Source: Squalus acanthias
Taxonomy: Eukaryota
Direction: 5' to 3'
Length of the DNA stretch: 64,000 bases
Assembly (NCBI GenBank): GCA_030390025.1
Contig: CM059432.1
Location: 78,432,001-78,496,000, forward strand
The notes beneath the pieces were generated by a model. The model was not told the DNA's origin. It ran no database searches and saw nothing but the letters and a program-made list of their open reading frames with translations. Shown here piece by piece: positions 36,585-48,338 of this stretch. A program made the translations under genes and the position numbers. The stretch's first letter is position 1. Every line of letters begins with the position of its first letter.

Positions 36585-38732
36585 AATCATAAAATCATAG
36601 AATCATAGAATGGTTACAGCATGGAAGAAGGCCATTCGGCCCGTCAAGTCCGTGCCGACTCTCAGCTAGTCCCACTTCCCTACCCTTTCCCCGTAGCCCT
36701 GCAAATATTTTTCCTTCAGATACTTATCCAACTCCCTTTTGAAAGATAAAATTGAGTCTGCCTCCACCACCCTTTCAGGCAATGCATTCCAGATCTTAAC
36801 CACTCGCTGTGCAAAAAAGTTTTTCTTACGTCGCCTTTGGTTCTTTTGCCAATCACCTTAAATCTGTGTCCTCTGGTTCTTGACCCTTCTGCCAATGGGA
36901 ACAGTTTCTCTCTATCTACCCTGTCCAGACCCCTCATGATTTTGAACACCTCTATCAAATCTCCTCTCAATCTTCTCTGCTCCAAAGAGAACAACCCCAG
37001 CTTCTCCAGTCTATCAACGTAACTGAAGTCCCTCATTCCTGGAATCATTCTCGTAAATCTTTTCTGCACCCTCTCTAAGGCCTTCACATCCTTCCCAAAG
37101 TGTGGTGCCCAGAATTGGACACAGTAATCCAGTTGGGGCCGAACCAGTGTTTTTTACAGGTTCATCATAATCTCCACACTTTTCTACTCTATACCTCTAT
37201 TTATGAAGCCCAGGATCCCGTAAGCCTTTTTAACTGCTTTCTCAACCTGTCCTGCCACCTTCAATGATTTGTGCACACATACCCCCAGATCTCTCTGTTC
37301 GTGCAACCCCTTTAGGATTGAACCATTTAGTTTATATGTCCTCTCCTCATTCTTTCTACCAAAATGCATCACTTCACACTTTTCTGCATTAAATTTCATC
37401 TGCCACGTGTCTGCCCATTTCATCAGCCTGTCTATGTCTTCCTGAAGTCTATCACTCTCCTCCTTACTGTTCACTATACTTCCAAGTTTTGTGTCATCTT
37501 CAAATTTTGAAATTGTGCCCTGTACACCATGTCCAAGTCATTAATATCTATCAAGAAAAGCAGTGGTCCTAGAACCGACCCCTGGGGAACATCACTGTAT
37601 ACCTTCCTCCAGTCCGAAAAGCAACTGTTCACCACTACTCTCTGTTTCCTGTTACTTAGCCAATTTCGTATCCAAGCTGCCACTGTCCCTTTTATTCCAT
37701 GGGCTTCAATTTTGCTGGCAAGTCTATTATGTGGCACTTTGTCGAACGCCTTTTGGAAATCCACGTACACTACGTCAACTGCATTACCCTCATCAACCCT
37801 CTCTGTTACCTCATCAAAGAGCTCAATCAAGTTAGTTAAACACGATTTGTCTTTAACAAATCCGTGCTGGCTTTCCTTAATGAATCCACCCCTATCCAAG
37901 TGACTGTTGATTTTGTCCCTGATTACTGTTTCTAAAAGCTTCCCCACTACCGAGGTTAAACTGACTGGCCTGTAGTTGCTGGGTTTATCTTTACACCATT
38001 TTTTGAACAATGGTGTACATTTGCAATTCTCCAGTCCTCTGGCACCACCCCCGTATCTATGGAGGATTGGAATATTATGGCCATTACCTCCGCGATTTCC
38101 ACCCTCAATTCCATCAGCATCCTAGGATACATCCCATCCGCTCCTGGTGATTTATCTACTTTAAGTATAGCCAGCCTTTCTAATACCTCTTCTTTATCAA
38201 TTTTTATCCTATCAAGTGTCTCCACTATCTCCTCCTTCACTATGTCTATGGTAGCATCCTCTTCCTTGGTGAAGACAGATGCAAAGTACTCATTTAGTAC
38301 CTCAGCCATGCCCTCTGCCTCCATGCGTAGGTCTCCTTTTTGGTCCCTAATCGGCCCCACCCCTCCTCTTACTACCCATTTACTATTTATATGCCTATAG
38401 AAGACTTTTGGATTACCTTTTATGTTGGCTGCCATTCTATTCTCAGATCCTCTCTTTGCCCCTCTCATATTCTTTTTCACTTCTCCTCTGACCTTTCTAT
38501 ATATAGCCTGATTCTCAGATGCTTCATCATATTCTCTATCTGTTTCGTCATCCAGGGAGCTCTGATTTTAGTTGCCCTACCTTTCTCCCTCATGGGAATG
38601 TACCTCAAATATACCCAAACTATTTCCTCTTTAAAGGCAGCCCATTGTTCCACTACAGTTTTGCCTGCCAATTTTTGATTCCAGTTTACCCGGGCCAGAT
38701 CCGTTCTCATCCCACTGAAATTGGCCTCAGCA
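36585..38732 (-). mobile_element. 5'-truncated CR1 LINE
   Basis: RT ORF fragments on the minus strand ([19 protein letters not shown]); (TATGATTC)n tail at 36585. Confidence 0.95.
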
Positions 38733-39506
38733 ATAAACAGTGAACTATTCTCAGAAAATTGTATCTCCAATTGGATTGTTACCTATCAGTGTTGACTGCA
38801 GGACTCCTATTTTCCTTGGGTACCTTGCTCAATGAATTTTCAATAACTTACTCTTTGGTACTTTGTTGTCTGACAATGGGCCTTTAGCTTCCTTTTTCAC
38901 GGAGAGCAGTTTCAATGCTTCTCTGCCATTTCAATTAATGTTTTAAAATCTTATAGTGCCAAGGAATTAGATGCATAGACTACCACTAGGCTTCCACAAG
39001 ACGGCATTAGATAAAAAAAACAAATAAAGCAAATGGAAAGAGACCAAAACAAATAGCTATTAGTGCATTATAAATGGAATAATAGAAGAACAATTTCAAG
39101 GAACACCAGGAATATATGCTGCTCAAAGTTTCCCACCTTGCTGAGCTTTGGCACAAGGAAAGCAATATCACGAGAGTTATTAGGATAAATGTAACTTAAC
39201 AGAACAAATAGGAACAATGGGCTTGATTTTAACATTGGTGGCGGGTTGGGTGCGGAGTTCAGGTGGTCGGCGGGTCCCGATCCCGCCTCCGCATTCAGGC
39301 GGGAAAAAATTGCGATTTTGCCCTGATTGGGCAATTGATTCCCAGCGTGTGCGAACTCCTGGCCCAATTAGTCTTTTGGGTCTGAAACTCGCCTCCGATG
39401 ACATCATTACTTCAGCTGTATTTAAGGGCTCCAAGCAGCCTTGGTTCATTTAGTACCTAAACGCTTGTGATTGCTTCTGTTGAGAATAGTTTTTGGAGCT
39501 ATTGCA

Positions 39507-41731
39507 ATGTCTACTTCAAGGCCCAAGGCCTCACCTCGGTTTAATGATGACTCACTCCATGCTCTGGTGGAGGGAGCCAGAGCACAAAAGGAGGTGCTCT
39601 TTCCGTCCTGGGAGGAAAAAACCTCCTCAGCAGACCAAAGCTGTGTGGCTGCAAGTTGCCCAGGAGGTGAGTGCCAGATCGATGTGCAGCAGAACCTGGC
39701 TAAGTGCCGAAAGAGGTTTAATGACCTTGTCCGAACAGGCAAAGTGAGTATACCATCACCATTATCCTCATTCTGCTCCCCATCTCCTCTCAGCACCATC
39801 ACTCTGAATTGTCAACCTACTCCTACACATCCCACTTTACCCTTACATCCCTTGCACCCTTAACCATTCCCTCTCTCTCTATGTGCACAATCACTTAACT
39901 ATTCGACTATGCTGCCCTCACACTCCCTATCACTATGACAACAACTAACAACACACAGGGAGGGCCCTTAGTATTTGGACCTCACTCCATCTTTGTGTCC
40001 TTCTAAGCATCTATGCTATGGATTATCTACACTCACTCCATCATTCTCACTCAAACTCCACTTGTGTCCCTCATTGCAGGAAAAGAGAGCCCACAATAAG
40101 AGGGAAAGGGCGAAGACCGGAGGAGGGCCAGCCTCAATAGCCCATCTTACCAGTGCAGAGGAGGCGGCCCTAGAGATCGTTGGCGCCGAGGAGGATATGG
40201 AAGTGGGGGACGGGCAGACGGGCACATCAGAGCAAGCTGGTGACAGAATAGTTTTGCATCTCTCTCATTGACATTGCATGAGTGACTGATATGGCTTCTG
40301 ATGCTCAAACAGATTGACTTATGATCATCTGCACTATTCAATGTGCATGCTACGTTTATATCACATGTCTAACTCATGCCTTTACTCCCCCACAGGACCA
40401 TCGACAGCCCCTCTGCTCACTGTCCAGGAGGAAGATGCTGAGGCGGAAGACTCCTCAGAGGAACCTGCAACCTCTGAGGGCGCAGCGTCAACAGAATTAA
40501 GCGTACCCAGCCCCAGCACCAGCACAGATACGCACACCTCGGTGGGACCTTTGGGACATAGAGTAGTGTTGTCACCTGGTGTGTCACAGCTCACAAGTGA
40601 GCATCAGCAGATGGTGGAGACAGGGACAGCATTGGAGAGTCCTCGTCGGAAGTGCAGGGCACTCCCAGCTCGGCTCAGCTGCATGTGGACCCTGTGCCTC
40701 TGGGTCCATCCAGAAGGAGAGCAGTGCTGGAACTCCAGGAACAGGTGCAGGAGTCTCTGACAGGTTTTGTCTCCAGGGTCACGGCGAGTGTGCTGCGGAT
40801 GGAGGAGTCCAACGCTAACATGAGCAGAGCCTTTGTGGAGGCATTGGTGAATCAACACATCACAGCGGAAACCTCCGTGGAAAGAATGGCTACCTCCCTG
40901 GAAAGGATGGCTACGGTAGAGGAGAGGATGGCTACGGCCATGGAGGAGCTAACTCGCCAGAGTGTGGAAAACATGGTGAATGTTCAGAATAGACTGACAT
41001 CTCCAGAGGAGCGACAGACAGCTATTGATCAGAGAAACCAGACCTTCATGGAAGTCCTCTGGAGTAGGACTTCCAGTGCAGAAACGGGTCCTCATGGCCC
41101 CCTTGATGTGCAGCAAGGTGCTGTTAAGCTACTTGCTAGCTCTGAAGTGGGGCTGACCCATGAGAGGGATGTTGGTGGCAGAGAACAAGGAAGTGGAGGC
41201 TCCTCTCCAAGTGCTCACACTCCCATGCCACTGCGGAGCCCTCAGGCAGAGCCCCACCAGAGTCCTCACCCAACTCCTATTTTTCTCTGTTGCTCCTATT
41301 TTTCTATGTTTCTATACAGAAGGCTGTGGAGGCCAAGTCACTGAATATATTTAAGAAGGAGAAAGATAGATTTCTAGACGCAAAAGGCGTCAAGGGGTAT
41401 GGGGAGAGAGTGGGAATATGGTATTGAGATAGAGGATCAGCCATGATCATATTGAATGGCGGAGCAGGCTCGAAGGGCCGAATGGCCTACTCCTGCTCCT
41501 ATTTTTCTATGTTTCTTCTTTCTAACTGAGATGGGCATCTCAGCCCCTGCACAGCAGCAGGAGGAGCAGATTGTTGGCGAGCCCTCACAAACTCGCAACC
41601 TTAGAGGATGCCTGCCAAAGGTGTCGAAGCAGGAGCAGCATGAGAGTGGGCAAGGTGCCTCCACATCTGCTGAAGCCACAGGGGAAGCACCACGTAGGAG
41701 CACACGTAAGAGGAAGATAATGCACAAGTAG
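39507..41731 (+). pseudogene. Harbinger Myb/SANT-like gene, 3 exons (39507-39743, 40080-40239, 40396-41731), frameshifted and CR1-interrupted
   Basis: MSTSRPKASPRFNDDSLHALVEG..W..KCRKRFNDL; GT/AG junctions; heptad coiled coil; RRSTRKRK basic end. Confidence 0.88.
41273..41520 (+). mobile_element. Short CR1 3' end insertion preceded by two extra tail fragments
   Basis: CR1 3'UTR and tail absent from H4 at the equivalent site; AACT on both sides. Confidence 0.85.
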
Positions 41732-41989
41732 TCACAAGGGTAGTCACTTGGGTGTTTAGTTGTGTTTAATTGTTAAATGCCATCCTTTAGTCAATGTATT
41801 AAAATGAAGTGATGGCAAACTGTTGAAGTTCTGGACTCAGTCATTTCTGAAATGGAAGTTCCACATTGAGGGTTCAGGGCGAATTGTCTTTGTCTTGATG
41901 GTGGTCAGAGTGGTAGGAAGCCACAGGTTCTTGTCCATTGTCTATGGTGTGGTAAGAAGGTGCCAGGCACATGTGTTTGATTGGGCAAC

Positions 41990-43204
41990 TTAAGCAAATC
42001 TGGCTAAGATGAGTGCATCCCTTGCATCCCGGGCAGCAATGTGCTCGCGTGCTGCTGCAGCTGGTTGATGCGCATCCGCAAGGTCTTTGTTCTCATTCTC
42101 CTCCTCCTCCTCCTCCTCCTCCTCCTCCTCCTCCTCCTCCTCCTCCTCATCTGAGGAGGCTATGCGCTGAGCCAATTGTTCCTCAGGCAGCTGCAAGCCA
42201 CGATGCCGTGCAATGTTGTGCAGTGCACAGCAGACCACGACGATTCTGAATCGCATCTTCAGCAAGCCGATGGTTTGCTCGATAATGAATCTGGTCGAAA
42301 TGTGGCTGGAGTTGTAGCGCTCCTCAGCTTCGTTGGATGGCCTCCTGACCGGTGTCATTAGCCACGTCTTCAGGGGATAGCCCTTGTCTCCAAGTAGCCA
42401 TCTGCAAAGTTGGTCTGGCGGACTGAAGAGCGGAGGCACACTAGACTGCCGCAGGATGAACGAGTCATGGCAACTGCCAGGGTACTTGGCGCAAACATGC
42501 AAAATGTCCTTGTGGTTACACACCAGCTGCAGGTTGAGGGAGTGGAAGCCCTTGCGGTTGACAAAAAGAACTGGGTTGTGATGGGGTGTCTTAAGGGCCA
42601 CATGTGTGCAGTCAACGACGCCCTGCACCATTGGCAAGCCTGCCATATTTGCAAAGCCAACCACATGCATGGTTATACTTGCTTGATCCGTGGAGAAGTT
42701 TATGTAATTGTGGGCCTTTGCAAAGAGGGCATCGGTAACCTGCGTGATGCAAGTGTGTGCAGCTGACTGGGAGATGCCGCTGATGTCTGCTGATGATCCC
42801 TGGAAGGAGCCTGAAGCAAAAAAGTTGAGTGCGGTGGTGACTTTGACAGACACTGGTAAGAGGTGTTCACCCGCTCCTCTGGGCTCCAGGTGTTGGTGCA
42901 GCATTGCGCAGATGTCACCGCCTACCTCTCGCGAAAGTCTCAGCCTCCTTTGGCACTGCTGCTCACTCATGTTGAGGAAGCTCATCCTCATCCTGTAAAC
43001 CCTGTTTTGGAGGTATCTCCTGCGGCGATGTACTTCCCTGAGCTGGCGCCTTCTGCCCTGTGCACCATCAGGTGGGTGAGCAGCAGGTTGGCGCTCCTGT
43101 TGTTGGTGCTGTTGGTGCTGCTGTTGTGCCTGGTGCTGCTGCTGCCGCGGCTGCTCGTCCTCCGAATCTGAGGACCAGGATGAAAGGAAATAAATGGTTC
43201 CCAT
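41990..43204 (-). CDS. Harbinger DDE transposase (HARBI1-like), open 404-aa ORF with an in-frame internal deletion
   Basis: [28 protein letters not shown] present; lacks the [18 protein letters not shown] segment found in H4. Confidence 0.85.
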   Translation of the reverse strand: MGTIYFLSSWSSDSEDEQPRQQQHQAQQQHQQHQQQERQPAAHPPDGAQGRRRQLREVHRRRRYLQNRVYRMRMSFLNMSEQQCQRRLRLSREVGGDICAMLHQHLEPRGAGEHLLPVSVKVTTALNFFASGSFQGSSADISGISQSAAHTCITQVTDALFAKAHNYINFSTDQASITMHVVGFANMAGLPMVQGVVDCTHVALKTPHHNPVLFVNRKGFHSLNLQLVCNHKDILHVCAKYPGSCHDSFILRQSSVPPLFSPPDQLCRWLLGDKGYPLKTWLMTPVRRPSNEAEERYNSSHISTRFIIEQTIGLLKMRFRIVVVCCALHNIARHRGLQLPEEQLAQRIASSDEEEEEEEEEEEEEEEEENENKDLADAHQPAAAAREHIAARDARDALILARFA

Positions 43205-44147
43205 GCTGCAGGTAGATACCTCAGTTGAGGAAGCGCTCAGTCAATGTGGGGAGAGGGTTTTCCCCAGGAGGTCACAGTGGAGATGGATCTCAGCTTCACC
43301 ACTTCCAAGATCATTGAATGTGCAAAAAGTTCTCCAAGATCTGAAAAAACAAAGTTCTGCCACCTGCAACTGATCCTTGTTGAAAGCTCCGTTTTTATGG
43401 TGGAGCTGCAGCTGTTAGGAAGCCAGCCACTTGTGAACCCGACAGGATAAGCTGCCGTGTTTTAGGAGAGCTGTGCAGCACGCTGAAAATGTGGCAAAAT
43501 TTGAAAGGCCTCTCAAAATGGGATTATAGAGGTAGTTAAGTGGTAGTTAAGTGCCTTAAGGGCCCATCCCGCCGCCTGGAGGCGCGACAGAAACTAAATC
43601 TGCAAGCCCACCTCTGGCGAAGTTGCGTGGAGGCGGGTTGATGGCGGATCGGAATTGGAGGTGTTAGCGCCGGCCATTAAGGCCCACTATGGAATAAAAA
43701 TACTGGCCACCTCACTTCCGCCTGCTGCCGGCAGTTCCCGTGGCGTCTGTCATTTTCGGCTGGGGGGTTGCGCTGCCGATGTCCACGCTCACTAGAGATA
43801 TGTAGATTATGCAGATCGTGACGTCAGTGAGCATGCAACGCTCACCTGATGCTCCATCTTCCATTTTCACATTCGCCGCTCCACTTACCAGCCTGTGTTA
43901 ATTACGACCAGCTAACCAAGCGTTCACAAGCAGGAAGGAGTTCCAGCAGCGCTATTTAAAAGGATCATCAGCAACAACTTGCAGCTGACATGGTTTTTCA
44001 GTTTGACTCGCTTTGTGTAACTTTCTGCAATTCTAGCAGCTTTCTAAACTTGCTTAAAGTTCCTAAGGTTACAGGTAGTGTTGGTGCAAGTGGAGAACAC
44101 CTTCATTCTTATTTAAAGGCTTCTGCTCACAACACTTGCTCACAGTC

Positions 44148-45288
44148 ATAGCGGCTCTACTGGTAGCCTCCCTCGCACCTGAGTATCTTCGGGACAGGGA
44201 GCAGAGTTAGCGAAGAAGAGGAGAAGATTTGCACAGAGGGAGGAGGAGGAGAGCCAGAACAGCTTTCAACAGGAGACCTTACCACCTATGGTCTTCAGAG
44301 AGCACTTCTCTTACCTCCACTTACATGAGGAGCAGTGTATTAGGAGGCTCTGCTTCACCAAGGAGGTGGTCACAGAACTCTGCCATCTCCTGCAACCAGA
44401 TCTGCAGCCTGAGAGCAGGGCGACCACAGCTCTCCCAGTGGCCCTCAAGGTCACCGTGGCCCTCAATTTCTTCACCAACAGATTCTTCCAGTCTGCAGCA
44501 GGAGACATAGCTAACATCTCCCAGTTCGCTACATCTGGGAGGTCACTGAGGCTCTCTACACCAGGAGAAGGGACTATGCTGTCTTCTTTCTTAACAGAGA
44601 GAAGCAGGACGAACGTGCATGTGGCTTTGCCAGGGTAGTGGGCTTGCCCAAGATGCACGGCAACATCGACTGCACCCATGTGGCTTTGCAGGCACCGTAT
44701 ACCAATCCTGAGATGTTCCGTAACCACAAAGGCTACCACTCACTTAATGTGCAGTTGTTATGCGACCACACCCAGCGCATCCTGATGGTCAATGCCCGCT
44801 ATCCTGGCAGCAGTCATGATGCCTTCATCCTGCGTCAGTCCGGTGTGCCAGCAATCTTCCAGCCACCACGTCAAACCCGAGGCTGGCTGCTCGGCGACAA
44901 GGGCTATCCGCTCTGCACCTGGCTGATGACTCCCCTCCGCAATCTCACCATTCCTGCCCAGCACTCATATAATAAGAGCCATGCTGCCATGAGGAACATC
45001 ATCGAACAGATCATCGGGCTGCTGAAGCAGCGGTTGCCCTGCCTTGACTGCTCGGGAGGAGACCTCCAGTACTGGCTGGACAGTGTGTTACAATTCGTGG
45101 TGGTCTGCTGCATGCTTCACAACTTGGCCATCATGAGGGCACAGACCTTGCCAGCAGGGATTGTGGGACTACCTCAGGAGGAAAAAGAGGGAGAGGAGGA
45201 GGACGAGGAGGAAGGGAGGAGGCAGGCAGCAAATCCCCCTTCCAGACGGGCTGTCCGTGAGTGCCTCATCAGACTCCTATTCCAATGA
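44148..45288 (+). pseudogene. Harbinger DDE transposase, frameshifted
   Basis: [47 protein letters not shown]. Confidence 0.92.
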
Positions 45289-45488
45289 ATGGAACCCCAG
45301 ATCCCCGTTGCGCACCACATCCCCAACAACCACAACCCCATCATATCATTCCTATGTCACAGAACATCACAGTGTCCTCCTGGGCACAAAGCTGAAATGA
45401 GAGCCAGCACAAAACAAACATTTCTAATATAATTAATACATTTTTAAGTATTCAATTAAAAGTACAACATCAACTAATCACCCTTATG

Positions 45489-47160
45489 CTATCCGTCAGT
45501 GCCTGTTGCACGTGTGCCCTTTCCTACTCTAGTGCTCCTACGCAGTGCTCCCCCAGTGGCTGCAGCATGGCGGGTGGAAGGCTGCTGAGCTTTGGCGGGG
45601 GAGACTACAGATGGTCTTGCAGGATGACCTCGACCAGCTCTGGACCTAGAAGGCCCGATTGTAGACTGCACCACCTCAGCATGGGCGGCAGCAGTCTGGG
45701 CTGGCTGGCTGACAGGCAGCGGCAAAGGCAATGGCGGAGTGGCAGTGGAGGGAACAGCAATGCTGTCATACTGAGAGAGGACAGCAGGTTCCTGCTCCAC
45801 AGACCCACTGCTACTTCCCCGGGGCGGGGCCTCAGCATTCCTAGCAATCTGTTGGAGGACAGATTGCTGGCCTGCTGCAACACCCTGCAAGCCCCTTTCG
45901 AGACTTGTAAATCCAGCCACGATGGCACTGGTCTGAGCTTCCACTGCAGCACTGAGATGTTGGGTCGCTTCCACCTGTGCTGCAATGGAAGCCATGACAT
46001 CGCCCATCACACGCAGCATCATGGCTGGGTCCACAAGGTCTCTCCTGGAGTTATCCATTATTTTCAGCCTGGAAATCATGGGCTCCAAGTTCTGCGCAAA
46101 GCCCCGTCCAATGTTGGAAGCGCACTCCTCCATGCTCCTTGGCACTGACAAGAGGCTCTCTGGCAGGCTTGCCATTGTACCTCGGACTTCCGTGTGCATG
46201 GCTATCACCCTTCTTCTGAAAGCCACCCCATCGAGGTCATCATCTGAATCCTGTGCAGCAGAACTCGTGTGCGAACTCGCCCTCCGAGGAGCTGGCCCCC
46301 GAGCTACCCTTTCCCCCTGGCCTTGCTGCAGCCCACTCGTGCCCAGTGCCGCACCATGTGCAGATCCCGCCTCTATACTACCCTCTAAATTCCGGGCAGT
46401 GCCAGTTTCTGAGCTGGTGTCTGCGAGTGTCCGATGCAGTGACGCTGTGCCTTCTTCTTCATCTCCACTGTCCTCCATGACTTGGGAGGCAGGCTGTGCT
46501 GCTGGCACTTCGTGGTTATCTGAAAGCAGAAAGGCACAAGAGTTGTATTTTGGTGAGGGGAGGGATTGGGGGAAGCAAGATATCCAGGCACACACCATCA
46601 GCAGCTTGTAAGTGAGAAGAGATTGTGGGATGAGGGGAAAGTGGGATGTGAGAAGAAGGATTAGGAATGACCAGACCATTATTGTCCCCAAGGGCTTCAA
46701 CTTCACCCTTTGCCACGACCTCGGTGACTTCCCCTCCAATGATGTTGAGCACTCTCCTCCAGTTGTCTCAAGGCCTGTAAAGCAGCTTGGCCGCCTCCTG
46801 TCAGCCGCTGCTCCCGGCTGTTATGAGTCACCTTGGCCTACAAGAGAAAGGGAAATGTATCAGTGAGTGTAGTGCAATGTGTTTAGGTGATATGCATGCC
46901 ATAGTTGAAGAACTGTCAATGTGTGCAAGGTGTGAGATGTGAGTGTGAGTGTTGCAGCTGTGGTAAGGTTGTGAGGGTGAAGTGAAGCCATGATTGTGAG
47001 GTATGAGTGGTGAAAGGTAGAGATTGTTGGTAGGTGAGTGATGGGGGTGTGGTGCATTGAACAGTGTGTGAGGTTTGTGGTGCAGATGGTGGATATGGCA
47101 TTTGCTGAAGCCTTTACTCACGTTGACCTCCCATGTGAGTTGGAAGTAGGTGAAAGCAAG
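45489..47160 (-). pseudogene. Harbinger Myb-partner gene; exons 2-3 present, most of exon 1 apparently deleted
   Basis: Long exon-3 ORF homologous to H1 (SAAQDSDDDLD..MGDVMASIAAQ..GPSRSRAGRG..RRSTR); exon 2 AKVTHNSRE near 46835. Confidence 0.8.
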
Positions 47161-47727
47161 GCGGCTGCCATTTTTCCTTCAAAACAGGCTTTAAATGCCA
47201 GCGCTAAACCCCCGAATTTCTCGGCCCTTATGTCATCAGAAACATTACACAACCTGCAATTCTTATAACATTGTCCAAGTTTTACATCAGAAAGGTAAAA
47301 GTGGGTGCTGAAAGGATTGTTATTATAATTGCCCAATACATCAAGAGTGCAGTTAATGTAATTATGTTAGACAGGCTTAAATGTTATGTGCTCTTTATAA
47401 ATGTTAATAACACAATTTAGCAAATCATTTGGGTTCTATACACACTCAAAATGGGTGATTGGCTTTGAGAATATTCACTGTACACACAGGGAGTTGTGCT
47501 GAAGAAAATATTCTAGAAGTAAATTATGACTGAGTCACAGAATTTGTTGGAGTTTTGCAATAGTGTGCAATATTTAAAAGCTGATGTATCTTTGACAATA
47601 CTAGTCTGGGTAGCAAATTACAACATAGTTGAATTGATGTATTTTCTTCTACTTTTGGGACACTTTTTTAAAGAAGTTTTTGGGATTTTTTATTTATTTA
47701 AGGACAAACACAACCATTAACTATGAT

Positions 47728-47940
47728 AGATAATGTTGGAGATATACAGCAGATTGGGCAGCATCTGGAAATAGAAAAGATAAGGTCACATTTCGGGTTC
47801 AAGAATGAGCATGTAAAGCTGAAGAATCCTGCACCCAAATATTACTCTGCCTTTACTGTTTGCAGCTGCTGATTGACCTACCGAGTATCACCAGCATTTT
47901 CTGTTGTAGTTTTAGATTTCCAGCATTTTCAGGTTTTTTT
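47728..47940. mobile_element. Highly degenerate inverted Penelope pseudo-LTR remnant
   Basis: CAGCAG..GGCAGCATCTG..TTTCGGG followed by CTGAAGA..GCTGCT..GACCT..GAGTA..CCAGCATTTTCTGTT, resembling 30335-30430 in both orientations. Confidence 0.5.
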
Positions 47941-48102
47941 CTCTGAAATATGACAGTTTAATATTTACTGATAAGTAAATGATGTATGGCAGTGATAAAC
48001 TTTGTATATATTTTTCCTGTCACCAGAGATTGTGAATCACAAATCCATTCATTTGTATAATATATTAATTTTTGCAATATAACGTGTTTTATGTCTTTTT
48101 AG

Positions 48103-48132
48103 ATCTCAGAGGAAATTAGTTGTTTCTTTAGG
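48103..48132 (+). other. Candidate 30-nt microexon of an unidentified host gene
   Basis: AG-free pyrimidine-rich tract ending TTTTTAG, donor AGG|GTAAAT, length divisible by 3. Confidence 0.3.
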
Positions 48133-48317
48133 GTAAATAGAATTTTCTTTTCATTGTTTCATCTGCCTTTTCACATATAATCCTTTAATTTAATCCTAAT
48201 ATATTTACCCTGGTGGCACTGGTTAAATATGCATCTTAGTCTAAATTCATGTCAAGAATAGTTTATGTATTCAGTACTAATGGACTTTCAAACATATTCC
48301 CTGTGTTTATTGTGCAG

Positions 48318-48338
48318 AGGGCCACACAAGCTGCTTCA
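48318..48338 (+). other. Candidate 21-nt microexon of an unidentified host gene
   Basis: TACTAAT branch-like motif at 48275, AG-free tract to TGTGCAG, donor TCA|GTGAGT, no stop in any frame. Confidence 0.4.

Larger units (their letters stand above)
39219..43655. mobile_element. PIF/Harbinger transposon H2 (right TIR missing); same family as H4, opposite orientation
   Basis: Left TIR GGGCTTGATTTT; colinear with the reverse complement of 51687-55996. Confidence 0.9.
43656..47227. mobile_element. PIF/Harbinger transposon H3 (left TIR not found; closer to H1)
   Basis: Right TIR CCGAATTTCTCGGCCC followed by TTA; convergent transposase and Myb-partner gene. Confidence 0.85.

Noticed and set aside
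38846..38935. Possible minus-strand exon ending in a GTAAGT donor
   Set aside because: No convincing acceptor or polypyrimidine tract, and an in-frame stop lies immediately upstream.
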